Made by a program: the position numbers and the translations under genes. A DNA stretch of 64,000 nt, taken from contig CDROCS010003383.1 in assembly GCA_977020255.1 (NCBI GenBank), forward strand, positions 310,001 to 374,000, written 5' to 3'. Shown in pieces: positions 51,440 through 64,000 of the stretch; within the stretch, counting starts at the first letter, position 1, and the number at the start of each line of letters is the position of its first letter. The notes beneath the pieces were generated by a model. It was not told the origin of the DNA. It did not search any database and worked only from the letters and a program-made list of their open reading frames with translations. This stretch comes from Obrimoposthia wandeli. Its lineage: Eukaryota.

Positions 51440-52547
51440 GTGACAACAAGAACAAAGAATCAAATAAAGAAGATTCAGATTACAGTATTTTAGTAGCGTA
51501 TTTATAGATTTTTGTGGGCCATTGAAAACAACATATAATGGAAAAAATACATAATTGCTTTAATTGATCCATTTAATAAGTACATAGTTCTGAACGCTGT
51601 AGCAGATCAAAGTGAAAAACAAACAGCAACAGAAATTATGAATAATTGGATTCTAAAATTCGGAGCTCCAAGAGAAACACATTGTGATTATGGAAAATCA
51701 TTTGAATCAAATTTAATGAAAGTAGCTCTTAGCAAATAAATTTAAAATTAAATTATTATCTTCAAGTCCATATCATCATTCAAGTAAAGTACAAGTTGAA
51801 AGACAATTCGGACAATCTGATATTCATTAAATTTAACAATGAGATATAAATGCTATAAAAAATTGGGCTGACGTTCTTCCTGAAGTAAAGTTCTCTGTGA
51901 ATACTACTATACAAGCAACAACAAATATGAGTTCAGTGGAAATAATATTGGGGAAAAATTGCTCTTGAATGGTTTGAAAACAAGAAAAGAGACGAAGACA
52001 CATTTAAAACCTATAAAAACAGTATTAACAGAAAGAATGAAAATAATTTCAAGGAAAATAGTTATCGACATTTTAATGTCCGCGGCGAAGTACTAGTAAA
52101 AATAGATGTTCGAAATAAGGATGATAATCGCTTTGAGGGTCCTGAAGTCATAATAGATAAAATACATGATAGAGCTTTCAAAATAAAATTTACCAATGAA
52201 AGATATAAAGTAAGAAATATAGAATGGATAAAGCAATTTGAAAACCGAGGGAGATGTAATAGATTGTGTAAACTGGTTTATAGACCTACAGGTCTTTATG
52301 TAATCTGTATGCTGGTGAATGTGTGATTGTGTGCTGTTTGCATTGCTCAATAATTACCTATATATATCCTCAACACAAAAACGTATGCTGTTTATTTATC
52401 AATAAAATTATGCCTGAACTTCGGTATTCTAACAATATATTTATTATAACGCTAATATCTAATAAATCTAATATTTATAACTCAAAGGAGCTGATTATTT
52501 TTCATTTTTCTTCGTAATATTTTCTGGAATTCTTAAACATTGTTACA
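51440..52547 (+). mobile_element. Truncated Gypsy: integrase remnant, PPT and 3' LTR
   Basis: FIDFCGPLKTT...LIDPFNKY...WILKFGAP..HCDYGKSFES, similar to the integrase at ~28590. PPT AAAACCGAGGGAGA, then LTR TGTAA (52255)...TTACA (52547). Confidence 0.8.
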
Positions 52548-52679
52548 GTTTTTTAAATTCATCAGTAAAATGTTGAAAAGATTTGGAACATTAATTTCAA
52601 ACATTCCATTACTATGTGTGTTAGTTGAGAATTTCTTGATCATTCTGAAGTCATAATCGTTGCTCCTAAGATGCATACA

Positions 52680-53655
52680 CATTCTTACTGCACCAGGCCC
52701 AAGAAGATCATATAAATATTTGAGTTTCTGAGAATTAAATATATTTTTTTATAATACGTAGATTTTTGAATTCAATTTTGACATTGATCAATTGATCGGT
52801 AGCCAATGAAGCTTCATTAAGTGTTCACTTGTACTACCACTTTTCTTTACATCGAATGTCATTCAGGTGGCTTTGTATAAGGTAGAATATGAAACAGTAA
52901 AATTAAAAAAGCAACTCTCGGAAATAAGGTATTCTATTTTTCGATTTTTTATGACTTTGTGTGTTCTTATAACTTTATTCATTTGTAAGTTCATTGTAAT
53001 GTTTTCATTAAAACCCAACAAAAGTTCTTAATATTTCTGCAAAAATTAACAATATTTTTACTGACATGCTTGAAACCTTTTTTCTTTATATGGTTTGTAT
53101 TATTCTTAGAGCCTCAGTTTTTTTGCCAAACTAAAATGTATTAGATTTAATTTTTTATTTAAATAATTATAAAAAAAATTTATGTTTTTATATTTTTTAC
53201 TTGTTACCGCGTAATCATCAATCAATATATAATAAATTTTTAGTTTTAAGAATATAATAATACAATAAAACACGGGTGTGATTTGACATTAAGACACTCA
53301 TTACTTTATATTGGGGGCAATACAGTTTTGTATCAATCATATAAATGGTAAACAATTCAAGCATACGTACAATATACAATATTTTTGACAGATAATTTAT
53401 TTTTATAGCACTACCTAATTGTGCGATTAGGAATGAATAATGTTAGTTAAGGTGAATGTTTTCTCATTTTGTCTACACTAGTATTAACTTATTTTAGCTA
53501 TTTTCGTTTCTAAAATAATACATGCTCACTGCACCAGACTCGAGGAGATCATATAAACATTGGGACTTTTGGGAGATAATACATTTTTTGATGAAAAGCA
53601 GGATTTTGAATTCAATTCTGTCACTGGAGCTTCACTACATGTTCACTTGTACTAT
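52680..53655. repeat. Pair of diverged ~150-bp direct repeats (~52680-52835 and ~53520-53655)
   Basis: Shared ACTGCACCAG...AGATCATATAAA, GATTTT(T)GAATTCAATT(T/C)TG and GCTTCA...TGTTCACTTGTACTA. Confidence 0.7.
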
Positions 53656-54304
53656 ATGTTATCACAAAGAGTCCAGTTATAGCTGACACACAGCATTTCA
53701 CTTACCATCATTCCGGCTATAAATAAATTGAATGTTGTACAAATATATGAAAACTTACTAAACATATTCTGTTTTAAATATCAGTTCTATCAAATATATT
53801 TTCATGATTAGTTCATATTTCAAACTACTGGTTGGATTGTTTTACTGGTCAATGAAACAGCTATTTAATGTATTTATTGATGATTAGTTAATTAGAAATC
53901 GACAAAGCCAACTGCTTTATGTTCAAAGTTAACATTTAGGGGAAAAGGGAAAACAGTGTGAACACGCAATAAAATGATTTGATAATTTATTGAACGATAC
54001 AAATTTGAAATATTCAGTTTAGTCGAAACGATATATAGCCTATTACACGATACATACGTATATAAAGCTTACTAAACTTCTAAAATCGGAATTTAAATGC
54101 TTGCGGACAGTTTAGTAATTTTATATAGGCTAATGCGGCGTTAGACAAAATGCGGACAAGAATAACTGGAATAGACCATTTATATTGAAAAATACGTTAT
54201 CTCAAAATTACGGATAAAATTAAACCAAAATAACGATTTAAAGCAAAGTTGAAGATCAAGTAAGAAATGTTTGCGTATTTCATTGGGTTTGACGGAGAAG
54301 GCTT

Positions 54305-54450
54305 CTAGGGTTGAGAGCATATAACTTCCTCGTCATGGTCGTAGTCTTCCTCGGTCACTATCAGTGCGCTTCTTTTTATCTGCGCACAGAAATCGAAGTC
54401 AAAATGATGATAACCAAATCGTATGTGCTCCTCTTTGCATTGATAACTGC
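54305..54450 (-). CDS. Candidate terminal exon of the minus-strand gene (tentative)
   Basis: GC-enriched island with acceptor ttttgtag|GC; reads SYQCKEEHIRFGYHHFDFDFCAQIKRSALIVTEEDYDHDEEVICSQP-stop. Not firmly linked to the 59.8-61 kb exons. Confidence 0.35.
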
Positions 54451-54728
54451 CTACAAAATCACGTTGCCAAAATAAATATACGTACATCTGATAAAAGTTC
54501 GTTTAAGGTTAATGCCAGTTTGATATAAGCACATTTCCATTAAATTCATGTGAATTACAAAGTAAACTGGTTTAACTTACTGATTTTGCATAAAATAATT
54601 ACATAAATTAGGAAAAGACCATTATTTTATAAATTAGGAAAAGACCATTATTTTATAACGTCAATTAGATCATTATATTATGCCATCAGAAAAATTACAC
54701 GGTGCAACATGAAACTTTTATCTAAATA

Positions 54729-55395
54729 CCCTAAATTTCCGGGTATAGCTCAACAGCTCTAGAAAGACGATGTTGTAAAAATAACTGGTGCGGCTATTCA
54801 CCGAAAATGTGCTTTGGATCGACGTAAAAAGTCTTCTCATTTAGAAACTCAAACTTTTCTTTATAGTTATCCGGCAGTTTCTTGTTAGTTTACGTCACTG
54901 CCAGTAATGAAAGTCTATTTCAATGCAAAAAAGTAAAGCACCACTTCCTATTGGCTATAAAACTATCACAATATAATCTTTTTCAATTGCGTTATTTTTT
55001 AATTTAATATAAGTAGCAACAGTAGATTATTTTAACACACTTCCTAACGTGGCCCCCTTGGTTTAGCTCTTCGCTGTGCTCCTTTTGAAGGCTTTAGGGA
55101 CTTAAGCAAATATTTCCCGGTTTTTCCCTGTCTGACGTTTATTATTGAAGTCATAAAATCTTCGTCGCTAAAATCACCACAAGCCTCAGCATATTCAATT
55201 ATATTCAGTTTCTTTCCGGCTGTATACGAATTTCCTCTGTCCATGATTAATAGAAATTGAAATAAACATTGATTTGAAACATAAAATATATAATTGTATG
55301 CACGCGGCTATTTAAAATAAAAAGTTCTTTCAAAATTTTAATGATTTGTGTCTGCGAACTATGCACAAATTTGGGCTTAATTCAGAAATTTAGGG
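54729..55395 (-). mobile_element. pogo-type deletion derivative (667 bp)
   Basis: TIRs CCCTAAATTTC / GAAATTTAGGG, each flanked by TA. ORF 55044-55244 has NSYTAGKKLNIIEYAE (pogo HTH start) fused to DFSDEDF (acidic tail). Confidence 0.8.
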
Positions 55396-57420
55396 TAGTC
55401 ATAATTTGACACCCGTTTTAAGTGATATCGAGAAGGTGTGTAAACTAAAAAAGTAATGAGGTTGAAATAATTGTCAACAAAACACGTATTTGCTATTAAA
55501 AAAAATTAAGAATTTCAATTTTAAAAATGGGTTTACATTCGTCACAATTTTAACTTAATCAAACAAATAAGTATAAATGGCACCCTAAATCTTCAGGAAC
55601 AGTAAATACATTAAAATTTAATGTCGCTTAAGACATTAACTACGTTTCATTATCATGTTTGCTCTTTGACATAACTTGCAATTGGATCTTTATAATATTT
55701 AAAAATTTACTTTTCTATCTTAGAACCATTTAGTTAGAATATATTCTACAGATTCTACGAGAGAGCAGAAATGTGTTAGCTTATTACAAAAATGTTATTT
55801 AAACAAATCCTCTTGTCAGGATTTTGACATGGTCAGAAAACACAATTTCACACACAAAATAAAGATTTGGCATATATGAAACAGTCTTTAGTTATAAAAA
55901 TTAATTATTAAGTACGATATGTTACGAAAACAAGAAATTATATTTAAATATTTCAGCTCGCCGTTTAGAAAGATTCGATTCTTTTACTCAGTCATTTAAC
56001 AGACCCTGACTAATAATAAAGGTTCTCTAGAAATCGATTTTTTAGTCTGTATCCATAATAATTTCTTTCAATATAGAAAATTTACAAATGTAAGTGATAA
56101 TTTAAATAAATACGGATAAAATATTTTAAAAATGGCTTTAATGACTTTTTCAGTCGTGAAGGTACATTAATAAAAAAGGTTTTTGTCGTAACCAAATGCC
56201 TCAGTACTTCTCAAGGCCTATTTTTATTGGACAGAACATTTTCATGTTACACTGTGTTATCAATAAGTAACCCCCGCTTCTAGACAGTTTCAGACGTGTT
56301 AAATGGCTACGAAAACATTAAAACTTCAACTTATCACCTTTGAAGCTACTCGAGTGTAATATCATACCGATTCTAAGGTCCAGTTCCTAGAACAATTCCA
56401 TGAGACAAATCTACACTGGAAATGTGGCCTTGAACTTACCTTGTATACTTCAAATATTTATCAGGAAATCGATGAATTTACGTTTTCAAATGTTTATACA
56501 CACCAAACGGTTTTATTTCTACATTAGAAATGTTAGATTACTTTTAGATAACATATCATTAACAGCTAAAAATAAGTCAGCTGCAGAATGGATATTTTCA
56601 GAAGAACGATTTTAGAGAATATTCATTTAGATTTTTGTAAGATTAAATAAAATCTGGGCTCACTTCAGTGGTTACCTCTGACAAAGGACCATATAATCCA
56701 TTTGTCAACAACAAAATTTATATAAAAACTGCTTACATCTTTACTTTAAATGGCGGTCGAAAACATACATGAACAGTTGTCACTGTCACTATATCTTGAA
56801 ATGTAATACGCTCGCTGCAGTTTAACAAAGTAAACGCACGAGATTAATGTTGCAAATGGCATCTTATGTAAATTCTCAAAATAGATAAATAGAGAAGCCA
56901 AATTACTGCGATGCATTACTGATTTCCATTTCTTTTCGACAAATATTATTCCTTGAGTTATGTAATCAGAACCCGGAAATATCCTACCGGCAATAATTGC
57001 CAAGTAATCGCCTGTATACATGTATAGATATATATTGAGTTCGTGGAATCTGACTCTTTTGAATTATGTCTACGATAAGAAACATATATCCTCACATTTC
57101 CATTCTCAAAATCCTCATCATTCACTGTACCTTTAGAAATAGCAAATTCTTCAGCAGTCTTTTTTCAGTCTTATTCTTGATTATCTTTTGTTTCTTTAAC
57201 ACTGACTTCATGAAAGTCATTTTAAATTTATTAGGAATATTTAACTGAAAAGTATTAAAAAATATTTCAAAAGTTCATTACAAAATAGATAATTTTTTAA
57301 ATTTATTGCTCAATTTATATGGGTTAATTTGACTAATTTTGTTTCCTACTTCTCAAAATACAGAGGTACCTAAATTAAAAAGTTTTACTGCATAATTATT
57401 GAGTTATATTATTATGTATA

Positions 57421-58120
57421 CCGGATGTCCACAATGAACCCCGACTCTAAAAGTCATATGTACTATATCCACGAAATAATAAATTACTAGATAATTGATA
57501 TGATTTATTTTCAAAGTGGCCATCAATTTTTGTCAATTATAATTATATCATGCCACAACCTTTAACGGAAGAATGCATTTTTGTTGAGGAGAATTTTTAT
57601 CACACTTGTAATGATAGAAAAGTTGTCAGATTATTTGATTCAGCTTATGGACACTCAATTGACATGAAGTCAATACCATCACTCATAAGAAGATTCGAAG
57701 AAACTGAGGTGTTGATGAGGTCAATCATAGTAAACAAAGAAGTTCGTAATGAAAAAGAAAAATATATCAGTAGTAATTTTTATGCGAAATATTTCTGTCG
57801 TGTTAGGTATATCAATTTCATCAGGCGATTGGGTCTCAAAAGCAATCATTATTCATTACACCATGGTTTGAATAATCCTGATAGAAGAATAATCTTCTAG
57901 ATTGGTCATTCAGATTCCCGGATTTGAATCCATGTATTTCTGCATATGGGGAAATATCAAGGATTTTACGTACAAGACCCATCGATGTACTCTTCTTCAA
58001 CCCAGAGCTTGGATAACCGAAGCATTTGGTATGGTGTCTGGTGAACTGTGCAAGAACGTATGTCGTCAATCTGTAGAGAAACGAATGTTTACCTTATAGA
58101 AAATTCCGGCCACATTGAAT
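57421..58120 (+). mobile_element. Tc1/mariner-superfamily remnant (DUF4817-like HTH type), centrally deleted
   Basis: TA|CCGGATGTCC TIR-like start; N-terminal EECIFVEENFY...IRRFEET; C-terminal PDLNPC / FCIWGNIKDFTY. Confidence 0.65.
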
Positions 58121-59835
58121 AAATAAAAAAATAAGAAATCGCTACAAACATGTATTAGTCATATTGATGATAACACACTCCAGCGCATATTTTACTGTGT
58201 AAGATTTTAGAGTTGATTCTGAGTAATTTTGACATGATAAATCAAGATAAAATTCGTTGTAATCCACCAGGTATAGTTTTTTGCACAATGACTTTTTATT
58301 GTTTCTATCCTTTTGTATATTATAACATAAACAGCGTGTAAAGAACATATTCGACAATAAATACAAGAAAAACGACAAAGCCTGAACTTTACCATCACGA
58401 TTGTAAAGAAAGTAAAATGCCCACCATCATATTTCTGTCCCATTAGCCTAACTGAAATAAATCGTAATTACAAGAAAGCTTTAGTTTTATCAATTCAATA
58501 ACTGAAATAGAAGCATCTTTTTGACAAAATGTTGTCTCGGTTGTGAATAAATTCTTATTATAAAGAATTTGTGAATGATATACAATAAAAATTTAAACAA
58601 CTCGATGCATATGAGCATAAAGCTACTGTAAAAATATGTAAATATTTTAAATTATAATTAAAATAATAAAGCCCACAAACTTATGGTATACCGCCAATCT
58701 ACATAAAAAGGGAAATTTCATATATGTTTATCAATGTTAGAAAGACTTTGTTTAAACTTATCAAAAACTTATGTTGTTGTGGTAAAAACAATTCAAATTT
58801 AAACAAGTTTGAATTTAGGTGTATCGATTTTATGGATAAATATTTATTTATAGAACGACGTTTTTTCGTAATATTCAATATTATATTAAATTATAGGTAT
58901 CATGGGATGGAACGAAAAATTATGGCTAATTACTGCTGAAGTTCCAAATATACAAGAAAGTCAAACAAAAGAAGATTTCTTCTGACGATTACATATTTAA
59001 GTTTATAGTTGCGTATTTAAGCCATGTGGTGCAAACATTTATGAAACTTATATGTTTATAAATTATTTGTTACTAGTAAATTTTCATTTTAATTATTCAA
59101 ACATTTTGATAATTTTGATTAAGGTAGGGTCACGCTAACTATAGTTAAACAACAACAAAAACTGAACCTGGTGCAGAAAACTGATATTAACTTTGGATAC
59201 AGCATATACAAGTTTAATATTTGAGACACCGGAAGAGGACTTTTTGGTCAGCGCAATGATTATGAAAACAATCACAAAAGAAAAGAACACTATTTGCATG
59301 TAAGCTTAATGTTTTGATAACTGACTTAGACGAAGACGTACTTATTGGCCTAATTAGATGGTCTATAGAAATTAAACGATGTAATTAGGCATCAGGCAAC
59401 ATTTTTCTATATTCACCCAGCTGTTGCTGAACCCAGGTACATAGGAAAAGTGTATTAGGTAATGGCATTTACTAACTTAAGCATCAATTCTGCAATTCAT
59501 TCCGATTAAAATAAATGAAATAGTAATTGTTGATGACAGATTTATAAAGAATGTAAAGAAAAGAAACTTATTACTTTTTGTCATTTGAAAGTAGGAGATA
59601 TTGGAGTGTTTAAAAAGTAAACTGATTCGGATCACAGATGTATGGTGATGTACACAAAGTGGTACAAAAAAAACAGTAGGAAAGATTAGCTCCTGAGTGA
59701 TATCGTTGACCACACATTGAGAAGACGTGAGCCGTTTGATTGCCAAAAATGTGTTTAATTCTAGTTTAAGTTTTATTAATCTGTGGTTGACGATACTTCC
59801 CCTGAAAATGGCACCAGCTTATCATGTGGTCTCAC

Positions 59836-60018
59836 CCGAGGGATAATTGGCACAGACGGTCGCATCACCGGATCAGGACTGAGGCAAGCGTCATCTCGAG
59901 ATTGAGATCTCTTCATCATCAGAAATGGCTCCTTGTCGTCAAATGAGTAGTACCTCTCTGTGATGCGGAGGGGACAGTGAGCAAGCGTTCTGGTGATCTC
60001 TACAAGCGTCTCAGTGTA
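59836..60018 (-). CDS. Minus-strand gene, predicted exon (phase 0-0)
   Basis: Acceptor tcttccag|TAC and donor CGG|gtgaga; 183-nt open GC-rich exon YTETLVEITRTLAHCPLRITERYYSFDDKEPFLMMKRSQSRDDACLSPDPVMRPSVPIIPR. Confidence 0.65.
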
Positions 60019-60456
60019 CTGGAAGACAATATTTTTAAACTTGATCCCCTTAAAACATCAAAAGCCAATACACATAGTCCACTTTATTCATAACAATAAA
60101 ACTTTTATTCATATCACATACGTATGAGCCGGCAGAATCTAACATTGAAATCGATTTACCGATCCTTCGATAACTTTTTTTTCAAAAACACTTTATATAC
60201 CTTTAAATTCAAACTTTTAAAAATTACATTAACAACTTTCATCAAGGTAATTTTTTTTAAACAACCTCGTATCTGGCATTTCTCAAATCGACTTTTTTTG
60301 TAAACTTTCAAAGGCTTTTTCAGTCATTTCTCTGGAAACATAATTTATTTCATGTGTTATATGTTGCTTTACAAAGCATTGCAATAGAATAATAGTCCAG
60401 CAGAGTTAAATCCGCGTTTCGTTACAATGAGATACGTTCTGATATATTTTACTTAC

Positions 60457-60554
60457 TGATGGCGTTTTAGATTTATTCTTTGTATCCCATTCTCCTAGCA
60501 CTAGTGACAGTATTCTTTCAACCGTCATCAAAAATGCGAGATGTTTTAATTTTC
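60457..60554 (-). CDS. Minus-strand gene, predicted exon (phase 1-0)
   Basis: Donor TCA|gtaagt at 60456; acceptor at 60555 (or 60582); open frame KLKHLAFLMTVERILSLVLGEWDTKNKSKTPS bridges the phases of its neighbours. Confidence 0.5.
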
Positions 60555-60726
60555 CTTGAATATTATAGCGTAGTTGCACTTCTAATCTTTTTGTAGGAAA
60601 AAAAGAAAATCTCACAAATGCCTTGTTATATGTAAAAAAATAGAAACAAAATAAAAAGCTTAAAACTGAATTGACGATTATTTAGTTCATGGTTATGACC
60701 CGCATTGATTGCACAATGGGACTCAC

Positions 60727-60774
60727 TTTTGAGAGCGATCTGCTTGTTGAAGCCGCGCTTGCTGTTGAGTACAG
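60727..60774 (-). CDS. Minus-strand gene, predicted exon (48 nt, phase 1-1)
   Basis: Acceptor cgtttag|CT and donor AAA A|gtgagt; encodes VLNSKRGFNKQIALK; preceded by a 55-nt intron. Confidence 0.6.
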
Positions 60775-60829
60775 CTAAACGATCAGAAGGGTGATTGAAT
60801 AGATTGCAAGCGTGAAGAAGTAAACTCAC

Positions 60830-60971
60830 GCAAAAACATCGGGTAGGAATTCTCAGCTGCGTAGTGGATTGGCAGATGGCCTGAGTAATCCATCAATTCG
60901 TGGTTGGCGTCTGCAACAGGTCCATCAATCTCTCTCAGACAACCGGATTCTAATGGCGACTTTGCGCGGCG
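60830..60971 (-). CDS. Minus-strand gene, predicted exon with an ankyrin-like motif
   Basis: Acceptor tgacag|CGC and donor TTG C|gtgagt; RRAKSPLESGCLREIDGPVADANHELMDYSGHLPIHYAAENSYPMFL. DxSGHLPIHYAA resembles the ankyrin D..G.TPLH.AA pattern. Confidence 0.6.
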
Positions 60972-61334
60972 CTGTCAGGCTCAAGTGCGCAATTTACACG
61001 CTCCATGAGAAACGTGATTTCGTAACTAACTATCTCAAGTTACAAAGAATTTTTTTTTTAACTTCATATAAAGAAATTTACTTGGATAGAACAAAACGTT
61101 TTGATAATTACATTACATTTTTCTTAGAAATGTAAAAATTTATACTTTTATACTTTAAATATACATTATCAATCTTGGAAAATTCGTTTCAAATTGGACA
61201 GTTATTTAAATAAAAACATTCATTTGAATTTAGAATTAATGGTTGTAAAATGTAAAATGAAATGAAATGATGAGTAAATATGTGAAATGCAGCAGTAGAT
61301 TATAGGAAAACAGTTGGTCTTATTTTTTATTTCA

Positions 61335-61560
61335 GAGGATGCACCAGAAGTTATTTAACCATTCTCGGTGTAGCAGTTGGAATAATTCCGTGTTTGATTT
61401 ATGACAACACTCGACCGCATGTCTTACGATTGGGGACTGAATTTCTTTCATCAGTCACAAAACGTTGTTCGTCAAGCATCATATGCAACGGGAAAATGTC
61501 TGGTTATTTTCCGACCTTGAATATATTCCAGATCAGTGGAATTAAAGTGAATTAAATCAT
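61335..61560 (+). mobile_element. Possible mariner remnant
   Basis: IYDNTRPHVLRLGTEFL resembles LHDNARPHVA..T.EFL. Confidence 0.4.
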
Positions 61561-63027
61561 TTCGGTTTGGAAGCTTAGGATCGATTTCTAACTTGAAGTT
61601 TTTGCGTCCAAAAGAAAAAAGTCGTATGTAATTGATGTGTGGGGATTATAAATTAAAAACAGAGTGTAAATATGACTGCACATAAAGGAGCTTGGCTCGC
61701 TACCAGTTGGAGTACACAAATGTTCAAACTTTTCAAAGTTTCAAGAGGCAAGTAGGACGGAATTTATTGAATCAGTGCTTTCGGCAGAATATTGAAAATC
61801 CTCAGACCGATTAATACAGGAGTATGACGTAGCAGTTGCTTAAAGCTGCTCTATTTATGCGCCATACATACCTATCTATCTGTACCATTCTCATTTTGGA
61901 GAACTCGATCCAGATAGGAGATATTTTGAATAGGTTGAATTTTTCAATAAAGATGAATCACAAAATTGCTGTAACATATCAGGTTAAATTACGAAATTAG
62001 TAATGAAATGGGATATTAAAATAAATTTTAGAATTTTTATGGATGGAGAAGTTTCAAGGATTTAATAAGTTCTAAATCTTTAAAAATTCATTGCCATACC
62101 AGTAGCTCATTCAATACACGTAGAAAATTCCTACGACTCAATTAAGTCATTTTTGAATTAATTTAGTACAATGAATTTCAATGGAATGCAGACGGGGAAT
62201 TGAAAGTCACACAATGCTAATCAGATGGCAAAAAGAGTTACATTAAATTGTTGTTTGATTTGTCTTTGAGACAGTAGATCGAGAATAGAACATTACTGTA
62301 AAAAAAGTAGAATTAATCGAAATCTTGAACAAATTTTTTTCCTTGCATAATGTTTTAATTTAAACAATCAAATGGAATAAAGAAATTTTTGAAACTGTGC
62401 GCTAAATCTTTTCTAATCTGCATTAAAATTGTTAGAAAAGTTAAAGTTTTAAACTGATGATGAAATATATTTTAAACAAATAATTGAAGGACGATAAAAT
62501 AAAATAAATTTGTTTAAACGTATAAATTTTTCCCTGTCACATTCTACAGATAATTTGATATTATTCTAAATCATTAATGTTTAATTAGTATGCAAAGAAA
62601 GCAATGTAGTGGCCGCTTATATTTAGATGAAAGAATAAAGACTAAAGAATATAAATACAAAATATATTCAACAATCATTACTCGTACCTTAAAAAATGCC
62701 AACAATTCCACCTACATAGCAACAATGCAAATAAAATTTATTAAGCATGCAGAATTTTTTAAAATAATTTAAAGAGCATTTTATAACAAGAATAAACATT
62801 TCTATTACTCTTAGAGGGTTTGTTGCTTAAATTGACGGTGTTAAAAGGATATTTTAATAAAATTTTAGATATTACTTTAGAAGGAAAATTTACTTTGTTC
62901 TCAGGAATTTGTCAGTCATTTATTTTAAAGCAAACTTAATGGCTACCTTCCACACCCGGAGAAGATCATCGAAGATATACATGTCTGATAAAGAATGACT
63001 AAATCTTGTGAAGTCTCAAACCTGAAG

Positions 63028-63263
63028 TTCAACTACAAATAACAACATTAGCAATAAGCAACATGCAATATCGAATTACAGCGGCTGTTGGCACCAGACT
63101 TGCCCTTCAATTGATAATTATTAAATGTATTTAGAATGTTCTCAAATTACCAACTTTTCATTACCAAATGACCAGCTTATGGTCGAGCTTTGTTCGAGCT
63201 TTGTGCATTATTGAGTGTCTGGTGCCATTCGAAAATATAATATCCATTTCTCAGGCTTCCTCT
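63028..63263 (-). pseudogene. Degenerate 18S rRNA fragment
   Basis: Reverse complement of 63073-63113 is CAATTGAAGGGCAAGTCTGGTGCCAACAGCCGCTGTAATTC, matching the conserved eukaryotic SSU GGCAAGTCTGGTGCCAGCAGCCGCGGTAATTC. Flanking CAACTAC (63030) and CCATTTCTCAGGCTTCCTCT (63244) fall at SSU-like spacing. Confidence 0.8.
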
Positions 63264-63727
63264 TTTATCTCTATATTTAAGCCATTCGAAACCTCTAAAT
63301 ATCAGATGTTACAAATATTTAAGGCGCGAATTATTGAAGATATTACAGTTTTATAAAATAAATGAAAATATATATACAGTAGATTTCGCGTGATCCGGTT
63401 TCTTGAAGATTAAAAGAACTCGGATTTATATGATATTCTTATATGTATTGTTATTTTCATTCGTGGAGATCGCTAATTAGTCTTTCTCTAGGGAATTAAC
63501 TCGTTTATATTTACCTTCATTAAAACCTAATATTTTTCGTTGTTTGCACTTCACCTCTGTCGAAGGAAATAAAAAATATCTTTACAAGCTCTTCCAATTT
63601 CCAATTTGCGTATTTTAGCACAATGTTTTGTCACGAATGGGCAAGTCAGTTCTGATCACTGTGAAGCACTGTAATAATGCGCTTATCCTCTTCTCTAGCT
63701 TTATCAACTTTAATATATTCACATATA

Positions 63728-64000
63728 AGACCAAATTGAACAAGTGCAAGCCTCATATTGACATCAGACCAAGTTGAACAAGTGCAAGCCTCATATTGAC
63801 ATCAGACCAAGTTGAACAAGTGCAAGCCTCATATTGATATCAGACCAAGTTGAACAAGTGCAAGCCTCATATTGATATCAGACCAAGTTGAACAAGTGCA
63901 AGCCTCATATTGATATCAGACCAAGTTGAACAAGTGCAAGCCTCATATTGATATCAGACCAAGTTGAACAAGTGCAAGCCTCATATTGATATCAGACCAA
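63728..64000. repeat. 38-bp minisatellite, at least 7 copies, runs off the window end
   Basis: Unit AGACCAAGTTGAACAAGTGCAAGCCTCATATTGA(C/T)ATC, head to tail without spacers. Confidence 0.97.

Noticed and set aside
59300-59760. LINE remnant or additional exons of the minus-strand gene (AIKRLTSSQC..., YLGSATAG)
   Set aside because: I could not find a splice combination that preserves frame from exon 60018-59836, and the LINE-like motifs are too weak to call.
63728-64000. 38-bp repeats as a CRISPR array
   Set aside because: No unique spacers, no cas genes, eukaryotic context.

Overview
AT-rich eukaryotic genomic DNA, probably from an invertebrate animal (inferred from the gene and transposon families; the species cannot be determined). 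The ORF track splits two intron-containing genes into fragments. (1) A + strand class A neuropeptide-type GPCR of about 466 aa, with five GC-rich exons spread over 4393-39804 and a candidate alternative C-terminal exon at 36350. (2) A - strand multi-exon gene of unrecognised family at about 59.8-61 kb, possibly continuing to 54305. The introns and intergenic DNA are full of decayed elements: Ty3/Gypsy copies and solo LTRs with target-site duplications (TSDs), Tc1/mariner, pogo and hAT derivatives, and a LINE remnant. The 44-50.4 kb interval holds a degraded Polinton/Maverick (adintovirus-like) element with integrase, penton, small core protein, hexon-like capsid and adenain protease genes. That element contains an internal tandem duplication and a 1.8 kb solo LTR. 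The most unusual signals are (a) two related long LTR-like units (42093-43430 and 47313-49100) carrying repeated 43-47 nt canonical GT-AG intron-like segments between a TATA-like box and a poly(A) signal, and (b) an antisense Gypsy copy with strong sense-strand G-to-A bias. A degenerate 18S rRNA fragment and a 38-bp minisatellite end the window.
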